From Desulfocapsaceae bacterium (GTDB taxonomy: Bacteria > Desulfobacterota > Desulfobulbia > Desulfobulbales > Desulfocapsaceae), in assembly GCA_942490935.1 (NCBI GenBank), contig CALNZA010000020.1:8265-72264 (forward strand): DNA of 64,000 nt. The letters run 5' to 3'. The translations under genes were made by a program, and so were the position numbers. The notes beneath the pieces were generated by a model. The model had not been told where the DNA came from, did no database searches, and worked only from the letters and a program-made list of their open reading frames with translations. Each line of letters starts with the position of its first letter. The stretch's first letter is position 1. Shown here piece by piece: positions 48,269-57,355 of this stretch.

Positions 48269-50608
48269 TTAATTCAGCTTTTCCACACGGCACCGAACGT
48301 AACGATGGAGAGGTGTAGCAGCAAGTCGATCCCTGTGGGTGTTTTTAGTCAAGCGATTAACATTTATACCATGAACTTCACCACGATAACGGAGTCCAAA
48401 ACCGTGAGGAATCAATACTTGCCCTTTTCGAGCCTCATCTGTTATCTCTAGCTCTATCCTTTCAGTTGCTGCCTCTGTAACAACCCAAACGCTCTCTCCA
48501 TCTTGCAAATCCAATGCTTTTGCATCTTCGGGATGCATGGCCAGCGTGCAGGTCCTGCGTCCCTTGTTCCAGGCAGGATTACGCATCAGAGAATTGGCAT
48601 TTTCCGGCTTATGGCGTCCGGCGTTCAGAATCAGGGGATAGTTCGGATCTGGTTGAAGAGCCTGTGCTTCCGTTTCAGGTTGGATCTCTTTCATCCAATC
48701 TGACATCTCAGGAATGTAAAGATTGATTTTCCTGTCCTTAGTCCGAAGATGACGCATATTATCATCGTCCATTTTACCAATCCAAAGACCTGAACGGCTT
48801 TCCATAACACGTTCATACAGCATCTCAGCATGGGCTATAGCCGGAGTGAGGATTGCAAGAGGTGCCGCAGAACGGTATTTGACCATCCCTTTCAAGGCTT
48901 TAACTATCTTTTGCGGCCTCATTAACGCCTCAAGGACGGTAGGAACGGCAATGCCGGTCCGTGACACATTTTCCCTGAAAGCTGATGGTGAGACGAGCAA
49001 CATGCTCCAGAGGAGGTCAAGGTTAAGTGATTTAGTGCTTTTGTTTCGGGTCTCGGTAATGATAAGTGGCAGCAATCGTGCATACTTCCGATTTTTTTGT
49101 AACCAGGAAAAAAGAGCCATTGTATATTCCAGCAGATCTTTTTCTCCTGCCTTGTAAAGATAGTCTGGTAGTTCAGGTACTATACCAGCTGCCTTCCCTA
49201 TGGCAGCCAAGATACTACCCGACTCCCTCGTATCCGGTGCCGGCTCTACTACAGGATGACGCATCTGAAAAAATATTTCCGGATAATTCCAGGGAAAAAA
49301 AGAACCATCGTAGGATTCGTAAGCGGACTGGGCAGGCAAAACATAGTCGGAAAGTTCTGCAGTTTCTGACATCGATATTTCTACCGTCACGAGCAGATCC
49401 AACTCCTTAAAAGCTTTCTCGTAAGCTGTGGTATCTGCATATGATCGCAGGGGATTCGATGAGCTTATGAGAACCGCCCGCAACCGCTCCTCCTTTTCTG
49501 AGAGAATTTCTTCCGGCATCACGTTGGGCGGGAAAAAGCCCATGATAGCTGGGAAATTCGTCTCTTTTGTACGCCAGGTTTTTTCAGAACGTTCATCATT
49601 ATGACCACCCAAAGGCACCACCGAACCCGGGATGACATTCCCTCCTGACACACAGAACCTTCCGCAAACAGCCAGAAGAAGCATATGTAAGTAGGTAGCA
49701 AGTGTTGAGTGTCGGTTCATATAGACACCAAGATCAAAGTGCAAGCACCAGGAACGTCTGGTCATTTCCCTGCATACACCATGCACTTGTTCATAGTCAA
49801 CATTGCACACTTCAAGCGCATTGCGGATATCGAAATTGTCGAACCAGCCTCGAACCAGCTCAAAGCCTGAACACGATCCGGCAAGATATTCTTTATCTTC
49901 CCACCCCTCTTTTAGTATGATTGCAACCATGGCCCGTGTCAGCAGGGCATCTGTTCCCGGCAGGAGTGGGATATGGATATTTGCCTCTTTTGCCGTCTTT
50001 GATTTCCTCGGATCAATTATCACCAACAGTTTATCTGGATTTCTGGCAAACTCTCGGATAACCAGAGGTGCCCGTGGCATTTGATGGCTTTCCATGCCGT
50101 TCCAGCCAATACCGACAAGCATTTCAGCATGGTGTTCATCCGGAATGGGGAACCTGTTCTGTCTACCCAACATTCTTCCAACGCACCAGAAATAGCCTGT
50201 CAGTTCCTGGGCGAGGGCAGAATAATGATATTTTGAGCCAAGACCCCGCATAAGTGATGTACCGAACCCTGCTTCAAAATGTGAGCCCTGGCCGCCTCCA
50301 CCCATGAATGCAAAAGAACGGGGACCGTGCTCATCAACTATCAAGCGAAGCTTTTCGCCTATCTCTGACAGGGCTTTTTCCCAGGATATTTCCACGAAAC
50401 CGTCAGCAGTCTTTTTGAGCGGCTTGGCCAGGCGCCCTTCGTGGTGTTGATAATTTGCTATTTTCTGTCCTTTTCTACACAGGTACCCTTTACTCCGCGG
50501 ATTATCAGGATCACCCTTTACTTTAGCAATCCGGTTATTCTCAACACGCACAAGGAGACCGCAATTTTGGGCACATAGTACACAGCTCGTTGGTAACCAT
50601 TCACTCAT
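48269..50608 (-). CDS. Molybdopterin (bis-MGD) oxidoreductase, cytoplasmic
   Basis: CVLCAQNCG...LCRKG Fe-S motif, IDPR, SETAELSDYVLP, C-terminal molydop-binding domain; no Tat signal. Confidence 0.9.
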   Translation of the reverse strand: MSEWLPTSCVLCAQNCGLLVRVENNRIAKVKGDPDNPRSKGYLCRKGQKIANYQHHEGRLAKPLKKTADGFVEISWEKALSEIGEKLRLIVDEHGPRSFAFMGGGGQGSHFEAGFGTSLMRGLGSKYHYSALAQELTGYFWCVGRMLGRQNRFPIPDEHHAEMLVGIGWNGMESHQMPRAPLVIREFARNPDKLLVIIDPRKSKTAKEANIHIPLLPGTDALLTRAMVAIILKEGWEDKEYLAGSCSGFELVRGWFDNFDIRNALEVCNVDYEQVHGVCREMTRRSWCLHFDLGVYMNRHSTLATYLHMLLLAVCGRFCVSGGNVIPGSVVPLGGHNDERSEKTWRTKETNFPAIMGFFPPNVMPEEILSEKEERLRAVLISSSNPLRSYADTTAYEKAFKELDLLVTVEISMSETAELSDYVLPAQSAYESYDGSFFPWNYPEIFFQMRHPVVEPAPDTRESGSILAAIGKAAGIVPELPDYLYKAGEKDLLEYTMALFSWLQKNRKYARLLPLIITETRNKSTKSLNLDLLWSMLLVSPSAFRENVSRTGIAVPTVLEALMRPQKIVKALKGMVKYRSAAPLAILTPAIAHAEMLYERVMESRSGLWIGKMDDDNMRHLRTKDRKINLYIPEMSDWMKEIQPETEAQALQPDPNYPLILNAGRHKPENANSLMRNPAWNKGRRTCTLAMHPEDAKALDLQDGESVWVVTEAATERIELEITDEARKGQVLIPHGFGLRYRGEVHGINVNRLTKNTHRDRLAATPLHRYVRCRVEKLN

Positions 50609-50762
50609 TTCTCACCTCACATTTCGAAGTATTTCCAGCCTTGCCAGAATTTAACGTTGACGTAAGATAGCATTTGATTTCTTTGTCGAAAAGGGTCATA
50701 TGTGACAAATAACGGACAACATCCGCCATTCACGACATAACTCATCTTCGGGGCATAACTCC

Positions 50763-51746
50763 ATGAAACAGATCACTCTTCTCGCAGTTGAAGGCTGCCT
50801 CTCTTCCAGTATTACTAATCTGATTGACGGATTTACTATTGCAAACATCTGGAGCCGGTCATTATCCGGGAGAAATTCGGATTTATTCCTAACCAGGGTT
50901 GTCACTATTACGGGAGAACCTGTTACATGCAGCGACTGTGTCCAACTTCAACCACATTTCTCTTTTGATGAAAAAGTCTCATCTGATTACGTTATCATCC
51001 CTGCATTGCTCCCTGTTCCGGAATCAGGTGCGAGGTACGACCCCAGGGTTATCGACTATATACGCAGCCAGTATTCTTTGGGAGCCACAATTGCTTCTGT
51101 CTGTACAGGGGCATTTCTACTTGCCGAAACGGGGTTGTTAAATAGGAGAACTGCTACTACGAACTGGCAATTTGAAAAAAAATTCAGATATCGCTATCCA
51201 GAGGTCAATCTCAAGATTGGCCAAAGATTAACTGAGAGTGATAACCTCATTTGTTCTGGCGCGGTGAGTTCAATTATGCACCTTGCGCTAAGGATAATTC
51301 AACGAGAAGGATCAACGAAGCTTGCATCTGCGTGGGCCAAAGCTATGCTGGTTGATCCCAACAATGAAAGCCAGGTACCCTATGCCATATTCCCGCTAGA
51401 TGACAATCATAGAGATACGGCGATATTGCAAGCCGAACACTACATGCGCAAGCACCTAACCGGGACTATTGCTATTGACCAAGTAGCCGAATATGTGGGC
51501 ATAAGCCCCCGTCATTTCAAAAGACGCTTCAAAACCGCGACTGGAGAATCTCCCCTGAATTACTTGCAAAAATTACGAATCCAAATGGCAAAGGACCAGC
51601 TTGAAAATACCCTCGCAAGTATGGACGAGATAACACGTCGTGTGGGATATGAAGATAGTCGCACCTTTAGGCGCTTATTTAAAAAACATACTAGCCTGTC
51701 TCCAAGGGAATACAGAGATAGGTTTTTGCTACTTGAGAATCAGTAA
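50763..51746 (+). CDS. GlxA family (DJ-1/PfpI + AraC) transcriptional regulator
   Basis: SVCTGAFLLAETGLL, ATTNW, SPRHFKRRFK, VGYED...FRRLFKK. Confidence 0.92.
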   Translation: MKQITLLAVEGCLSSSITNLIDGFTIANIWSRSLSGRNSDLFLTRVVTITGEPVTCSDCVQLQPHFSFDEKVSSDYVIIPALLPVPESGARYDPRVIDYIRSQYSLGATIASVCTGAFLLAETGLLNRRTATTNWQFEKKFRYRYPEVNLKIGQRLTESDNLICSGAVSSIMHLALRIIQREGSTKLASAWAKAMLVDPNNESQVPYAIFPLDDNHRDTAILQAEHYMRKHLTGTIAIDQVAEYVGISPRHFKRRFKTATGESPLNYLQKLRIQMAKDQLENTLASMDEITRRVGYEDSRTFRRLFKKHTSLSPREYRDRFLLLENQ

Positions 51747-52032
51747 ACCCTATCAGCGGCAGGTGACCTCCAGACACAAAATCTATCAGATCGGATATCG
51801 ATATCAAAAACGTAAAGCAGGAATATCGAGAATATATCTCACATTGAGCGACAAACCTAGAATTACCACCGCAGGAAGCGACTCCTTTTACCGTTTAAAT
51901 ATGTTGACGGCCGGTAGAAGGAGCAGATACTACTACTCGCTCTTTCTTTTGCTCTATAATATTTCAACCTTAATACGTGTTCCAAACAGTAAAGCATTAT
52001 GTATTTGATTTACAAAAACAAAAAGGCAATAA

Positions 52033-52446
52033 ATGAATATTGACACAAAAGCATATAGCCGAGCAATACATAGATTAACTACCGTTGCACAAGGAGACAC
52101 CGGAGGGGCCAGGGTTGCAGCACAGGTTTTGTTGAGTGCTTACAACGGTGAAGCATACCAGTTAAACATTGTCGATCTCTGTAATTTGGATAAAGCCCAT
52201 TACCAAGCGGCACTGACTGTAATTCGTGGCCGAGTAGAACGTGGCAAAAGACCTCATTTCTTTCTGGAGAACGGAGATGAAATCTTTGAGAGTCTATGGC
52301 AACGATGGAAACGATACCATGTTGAAAATCGAGGAAAACCTACCTGTGATTTATGCTATGGCTCGGGCCTTATTCCAACCTATCCTGATGATGAAATCAA
52401 TTATAGTCAAAAAGCATGTACTAAATGCGAGGGAAGAGGCTTTTAG
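52033..52446 (+). CDS. Hypothetical protein, mobile-element-associated type, with C-terminal CxxCxGxG zinc finger
   Basis: AQGDTGGARVAAQVLLSAYNG...DLCNLD pattern; CDLCYGSG and CTKCEGRG. Confidence 0.7.
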   Translation: MNIDTKAYSRAIHRLTTVAQGDTGGARVAAQVLLSAYNGEAYQLNIVDLCNLDKAHYQAALTVIRGRVERGKRPHFFLENGDEIFESLWQRWKRYHVENRGKPTCDLCYGSGLIPTYPDDEINYSQKACTKCEGRGF

Positions 52447-52686
52447 TGCACCCCGCATTAATACCTTTTAAAATCGTAAGGTGCCTGTCGACAATATAGT
52501 TTGACCATTTTGAGGGTAAACACAGCCAGTACAGAAAGTAGTATCAACGCCTGAACTGTTCTAAAATGGAGCAACTCTTAAGTGTGTTTTTTGCCACAAA
52601 TGGGGGTGTCTATTCTTACTGGATTAACAGGAAACACCCTTTAACGGAGTAGGTTAGCAAACTATTCACCTTTGTAAATGGCAATG

Positions 52687-52880
52687 TTAAATTTGGCGAT
52701 CAGTTACTGAGGTTAACTGATCTTTGGATAAGCTTATTTTTGCAGCTACTACATTCTCTTGTAATTTCAGTGAAATATCTGGCTCTACCCTCACAGTCTA
52801 GCATGTCAACCCGAGACACTCTTGTTCAGCCCGGAGGTATCAGTTGGCAACATAACCCAATACCGATTGAGCAAATATGA
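52687..52880 (-). pseudogene. Possible decayed aldo/keto reductase 3' fragment
   Basis: Frame with stops reads AQSVLGYVAN*...LKLQENVVAAKISLSKDQL. Confidence 0.3.
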
Positions 52881-52934
52881 ATTGTTCTGTTGATTAACTG
52901 GTTGCTGGCAACTCATGAGGTGTCTAAAAAAGCT

Positions 52935-52960
52935 TGAGGGATTTTTGTCTTATACACGTA
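52935..52960 (+). promoter_or_regulatory. ECF sigma promoter 1 (autoregulatory)
   Basis: TGAGGG-N15-ACGTA, 31 nt upstream of the anti-sigma gene; same motif at 54324 and 60477. Confidence 0.8.
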
Positions 52961-52991
52961 TACTTAGTATAGACACGAAAAGGAGGTTGAT

Positions 52992-53306
52992 ATGAAAAAC
53001 CTGGAACGCAAGATAGATTTGTCCTTCAAGCTGCAACCTAACTATACCCGGTTAGATAACCTGCCACGCGACGTTTGGGCAAAGGTTAGGGAGAGAAGAA
53101 TGGAAGAGCCCGTGGGATTCGCAATGCCTTTCAGTCTGAAGCTGGGCACGCTTGTCCTGAGCGTTGTGGCAGTGATTGCCCTGTCGCAAGTTTCGTTTAA
53201 GCAGGAACCCTTCCAGGCTGATTTTTTTGACCTGCGCTACTTCTCGTATCAGGCAGCGCCATCACTCAATATCGCCTCAGTCAACACGTATGAGTTTGCA
53301 CCATGA
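52992..53306 (+). CDS. CnrY-like single-TM anti-sigma factor
   Basis: 104 aa, one TM helix, FSYQAAPS tail, AGGAGG RBS, first gene of a Y-X-H ordered triplet. Confidence 0.65.
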   Translation: MKNLERKIDLSFKLQPNYTRLDNLPRDVWAKVRERRMEEPVGFAMPFSLKLGTLVLSVVAVIALSQVSFKQEPFQADFFDLRYFSYQAAPSLNIASVNTYEFAP

Positions 53307-53755
53307 AATGGAAATCTATCATCTACTTTGTCCTGTTTTTTTGTTCCATTATGACAATAGGTTTTTGGGTTGGTCAGACAACATCCCGTAGCGTAGGACA
53401 GGGGGGGAGTTGCAGACCGCCGGTTCAAGGGGAGGTAGACGTATTCTACAAAGATGTACTGAAAATATCCGCGTCCCAGGAAGCGAAGATCATGACAATC
53501 GAGGCTAGCTACCAGGAAGAAAGGGACCGATATACCGAGCAGATGCATGATGCCAACCTTCGACTTGCAGAAGTTATCGACCAAGATGGGTACGAGAGTA
53601 AAAAGATAGAGCCTTTAGTGGCCGAAATACATTCAGCCATGGGCGATCTCCAAGCTCTTTCCCTGTCGCACCTGGCGGAAATAGAGAAGGTGCTGGAGCC
53701 GGCGCAGGCTGCTTTGCTCAAACAGAACGCCGTTACGATGTTACGCCAGAATTGA
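53303..53755 (+). CDS. CnrX-like periplasmic heavy-metal sensor
   Basis: N-terminal TM anchor; ANLRLAEVI...GDLQALSLSHLAE..LEP pattern like CnrX. Confidence 0.8.
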   Translation: MKWKSIIYFVLFFCSIMTIGFWVGQTTSRSVGQGGSCRPPVQGEVDVFYKDVLKISASQEAKIMTIEASYQEERDRYTEQMHDANLRLAEVIDQDGYESKKIEPLVAEIHSAMGDLQALSLSHLAEIEKVLEPAQAALLKQNAVTMLRQN

Positions 53756-54339
53756 TGGATAAGGTAGAGGCCCACAGCGACGCAGTCCTTATGGTGCGGT
53801 TGGCTGAAGGGGAAAATCTGGCACTTGATATTCTGATGAAAAGGTATCAAGAGCCTGTTTACTATTTCATCCTCCGGTATGTTCATTATGAGGAGCTGGC
53901 CTATGACCTGGTCCAGGAAACCTTTTTCAGGGTTTATACTAAGGCCGCAAGCTACAATACTGAATATCGTTTTACTACTTGGCTGTATCAGATAGCCCTG
54001 AATCTCTGCCGTGACCATGGTCGAAAACAGGCTCTGCGAAATTTTTTTTCCCTGTCAGCCACCGAAGAAGGTGAGAAGGTTAACGAGTCACTCATACATA
54101 ATGCGCGTATTGAAGAGGAATATGATACAGACGCAGAAATTAATGAACTGCACCGGCTGATTGCCGGCCTCCCCCACAAACTCAAATCCGCTCTGATCCT
54201 CCACTCACTTGAGGAGAAAAGTCAGGCAAGCTGCAGCGAAATTCTAGGTATTACCCAGAAGGCTGTTGAAACAAGAGTATACAGGGCAAAAAAGATTCTT
54301 GGGCAGAAAATGACTCAGCGTTTTGAGGGAAAATTGTAA
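53755..54339 (+). CDS. ECF sigma-70 factor (CnrH-like)
   Basis: DLVQETF, WLYQIALNLCRD, KAVETRVYRA. Confidence 0.92.
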   Translation: MDKVEAHSDAVLMVRLAEGENLALDILMKRYQEPVYYFILRYVHYEELAYDLVQETFFRVYTKAASYNTEYRFTTWLYQIALNLCRDHGRKQALRNFFSLSATEEGEKVNESLIHNARIEEEYDTDAEINELHRLIAGLPHKLKSALILHSLEEKSQASCSEILGITQKAVETRVYRAKKILGQKMTQRFEGKL

Positions 54340-54349
54340 TTTCAACGTA
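54324..54349 (+). promoter_or_regulatory. ECF sigma promoter 2 (efflux operon)
   Basis: TGAGGG-N15-ACGTA overlapping the 3' end of the sigma gene. Confidence 0.8.
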
Positions 54350-54461
54350 CCATAAGAAGAATCAACCCAATCAACTGAGCTCACAAGTAGCTCGGCACAT
54401 TCTCGACGATTAGTGGATTGTGCGGCGACTGTGAATATAATTATACATCAGGAGAGTAACT

Positions 54462-55688
54462 ATGAAGCATGCCGCCCTCTCGCTCTTAATGTTACTGGGT
54501 GCTGGCATCGTCCATGCCGATGGCCGTGACCTTGAACACTACCTGGCTGTACTTGACTCTCACCCGAGGGTGCAGGCTGTGCTCGAAAGCCACAAGTCGA
54601 TGCAGTACAGGGCAGATGGCGCCATGGGGTTGCCGGATCCTTCTATTAGCCTCGGCGTGGACAATGTCCCTGTATCAGACCCAGCTTTTGACCAGTATCT
54701 GCCATCTGCAAAGGTAATTGGTTTTTCCCAGTCTATTCCCAACAGCAAGGGGAGAAAAGCCCAAAAAGAAGTTTTTCTCTCATCTGCCCAGTCCATAGGC
54801 CTGAGCGCGGAATACGAAAGATCCCGTCTACACAGTCTGTTTATCAGTCGAGTGGCCGATCTGCAGAGAGTGCGGCTGCAGACTGAGTATGAGGAGAAAA
54901 AGAAAGATATTATCGCCCAATTGCAGAGCTACTATGATGGTCAGCTTCTTGCCGGTCAGCCTGTATATGAGAAAACCTTTTCAATGGAGCTTAAGGAAAC
55001 AGACATAGAGCAGAGGTTAAATTCCCTGCAGGCGGAAAAGAGTGCTATTGAAGCGGATCTGCTCCAGTTAGTCGGCGAAGTTCCGGAACTTGATGAAACC
55101 ACCGTCCGTGAAAAGAAGTGGAATGGGGACCTCAAAGGGCTTTACCCAGTCCAGCTTGCATCACGCTACATAGATGAGCAGAAGGCCAGGACTGATTTGG
55201 CAGACAGCGAGTACCACCCTGATTTTGGTGTAGTGGCGACCTACAAGATCCGTGAGGATGGGGCAAACGACTCCTTTGACGGGGATGACTGGTTCTCCCT
55301 CCAGTTTAGGATGAGTGTTCCTCTCTGGTATTCCACGAACCAGCGCCCAAAAGTCGAGGCCGCTCAGAGCCTTAAAAAGAGCGCGGAGCACAGCTATCGG
55401 GAGGCAGTATTGCAATGGCAGATGGAAACAACCCGAATCGAAAGTGAGAAGCATGCATCTTTTTTGAACATAAAGGTATTGAAAAGAAAGGACATGGTAC
55501 TTCAGGAAAAGATCCAGGCGATGGAAAGGACCTATTCCGCAGGGCAGACAAGTCTTGAACCGGTGCTGCAGGCAGAACTTGCTCGCCTCACCCTGCGTTC
55601 ACAGATTGCTGGTGAACAGGCAAAGCTTGCACGATTTTCAGAGGAACTTAACTCCCATATACAAACGAAAACCATAAAGAACCCATGA
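54462..55688 (+). CDS. TolC family outer membrane factor (CusC-like)
   Basis: Signal peptide, LPDP, SQSIP, HPDF, SVPLW. Confidence 0.88.
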   Translation: MKHAALSLLMLLGAGIVHADGRDLEHYLAVLDSHPRVQAVLESHKSMQYRADGAMGLPDPSISLGVDNVPVSDPAFDQYLPSAKVIGFSQSIPNSKGRKAQKEVFLSSAQSIGLSAEYERSRLHSLFISRVADLQRVRLQTEYEEKKKDIIAQLQSYYDGQLLAGQPVYEKTFSMELKETDIEQRLNSLQAEKSAIEADLLQLVGEVPELDETTVREKKWNGDLKGLYPVQLASRYIDEQKARTDLADSEYHPDFGVVATYKIREDGANDSFDGDDWFSLQFRMSVPLWYSTNQRPKVEAAQSLKKSAEHSYREAVLQWQMETTRIESEKHASFLNIKVLKRKDMVLQEKIQAMERTYSAGQTSLEPVLQAELARLTLRSQIAGEQAKLARFSEELNSHIQTKTIKNP

Positions 55689-57355
55689 AGCGAACTATCC
55701 GATATCATAACGCTATAACAAGTCTGGCTGGCCTTGTCATGATCCTTGTCTTGCTGACAGGGAGCATCCAGGCTGAAGTGACTAAATATACCTGCCCCAT
55801 GCACCCCCATTACATTTCCGACACTTTTGGAAGTTGCCCAATATGCGGCATGGACCTGGTGGAAGTTGAAGCTGGGACTATAGACTCGGCGAGTGAAGAG
55901 GAGCATGGTTTACACCTTTCTACCCAAATGATCCAGCATACCGGGGTACGGAGCAAGGCTGCTGAAACTGCTCATTTTGGTAGATCGATTCGCAGTTTCG
56001 GTGAAGTTGTGGTGAATCAGCGGCTCCAGACCGATATCTCCCTTCGTGAGGAGGGCTGGATAGAGAAGCTGATCGTGAACGCAGAGGGTGACGAAGTTGA
56101 GCACGACACCCTTCTTTTCAAATTCTACAGCCCTCAACTTGTCGCTGTTCAGCAGGATTACCTGGCAGCGCTCTCTGCAGGAAATAGTGGGAGGATCAGG
56201 GTTACTGAAGATCGACTCCGCTCCCTCGGTATCCAGGATAGGGTAGTCAAAGAGATTAGCCGCGGAAGAGCTGTTATCCGCAGCCTGCCCTATTATGCTG
56301 GCCAAAAAGGACGGGTGGAAAATATTCTCATACGCCAGGGGGGATATATGCGCCCTGGCACCATAGCCATGCGAATCCAGGGCTATGAAAAGGTCTGGAT
56401 ACAGGTCAACCTGGCCGAGCAGGATATCGGCTTTGTCAAAAGTGATAGCCGGGTAAACGTGGAATTCCCGAGTCTGGGGATGGAGCGTGAAGGTGTAGTC
56501 ATCGATTACATAGCGCCAAGCGTAGATCCGGCAACCCGGACAGCCCAGGTACGGCTTGTACTGGATAACCCGGACGGCAGCATAAGGCCCGGTTCCTACG
56601 TAAATGTAGCAATCATGACCGAGATAAGTCCACGGCTGGCTATTCCCACCGAAAGTATCCTGCAGAACAAGGAAGGCAACTACGTGATCCTTGAGAGGGA
56701 GGACGGAACTTTCCAGGCCCGGGAGATCAAAACAGGATTGCAGTACAAGGGACTTACAGAAGTACAGGCGGGCCTTAGGGAGGGCGAGAAGGTATTGGTC
56801 TCAGGACAGTTCCTTATTGATTCAGAGAGCTCCCTAAGAGAGTCGTTCCGCCGCATGGAAAAGCTTGCTCTCTCCCTGGCAGAACAGGAAGTCAGCGATG
56901 AACAGCTGGTGCTTCTCAACCACATGGTTGAAGGTGCACTCTATCTCCACGAGGAGCTAGCAGCCGGAAGTCACCCCAAGCCGGAGATGCTGGATGCAGC
57001 AGAGCAGGCTGCCCGCAAGTTACAACATGAACTGCAGGGGAGTCGGTTGATCTATATGGTGGATGATTTCCTTGATGCGTTGAACGGTCGGGCAGAAATA
57101 ATGATAATCAGCGGGTGGCGGGATCTACTTGCCAAGTCCACAGCGGCGCTATTGCCCTGGATGAATGAAGGACGACCCGACTATTACAAGGAGCTCGGGC
57201 TCACCGTGTATGTGACGAAAGACAGTCGAAGCTGGGTGCAGTTTACCGGAGACGTGCTGAGCCCCTTCGGCGAGGTGGAAGCCCACGAGACCCCTCTGGG
57301 CGAGTATCCTGGCGGGGTTCGCGGGGTTCATAAGGAGGAATTAAATGGACACTGA
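55685..57355 (+). CDS. cusB: CusB-like RND periplasmic adaptor with N-terminal heavy-metal-binding domain and C-terminal extension
   Basis: YTCPMHP...CPICGMDL, GWIEKL, YSPQL, TRT, SGQFLIDSES. Confidence 0.85.
   Translation: MKRTIRYHNAITSLAGLVMILVLLTGSIQAEVTKYTCPMHPHYISDTFGSCPICGMDLVEVEAGTIDSASEEEHGLHLSTQMIQHTGVRSKAAETAHFGRSIRSFGEVVVNQRLQTDISLREEGWIEKLIVNAEGDEVEHDTLLFKFYSPQLVAVQQDYLAALSAGNSGRIRVTEDRLRSLGIQDRVVKEISRGRAVIRSLPYYAGQKGRVENILIRQGGYMRPGTIAMRIQGYEKVWIQVNLAEQDIGFVKSDSRVNVEFPSLGMEREGVVIDYIAPSVDPATRTAQVRLVLDNPDGSIRPGSYVNVAIMTEISPRLAIPTESILQNKEGNYVILEREDGTFQAREIKTGLQYKGLTEVQAGLREGEKVLVSGQFLIDSESSLRESFRRMEKLALSLAEQEVSDEQLVLLNHMVEGALYLHEELAAGSHPKPEMLDAAEQAARKLQHELQGSRLIYMVDDFLDALNGRAEIMIISGWRDLLAKSTAALLPWMNEGRPDYYKELGLTVYVTKDSRSWVQFTGDVLSPFGEVEAHETPLGEYPGGVRGVHKEELNGH

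Noticed and set aside
52511-52536. A fourth TGAGGG near the metal cluster (others at 45239 and on the minus strand at 52793)
   Set aside because: No ACGTA at the 15-nt spacing
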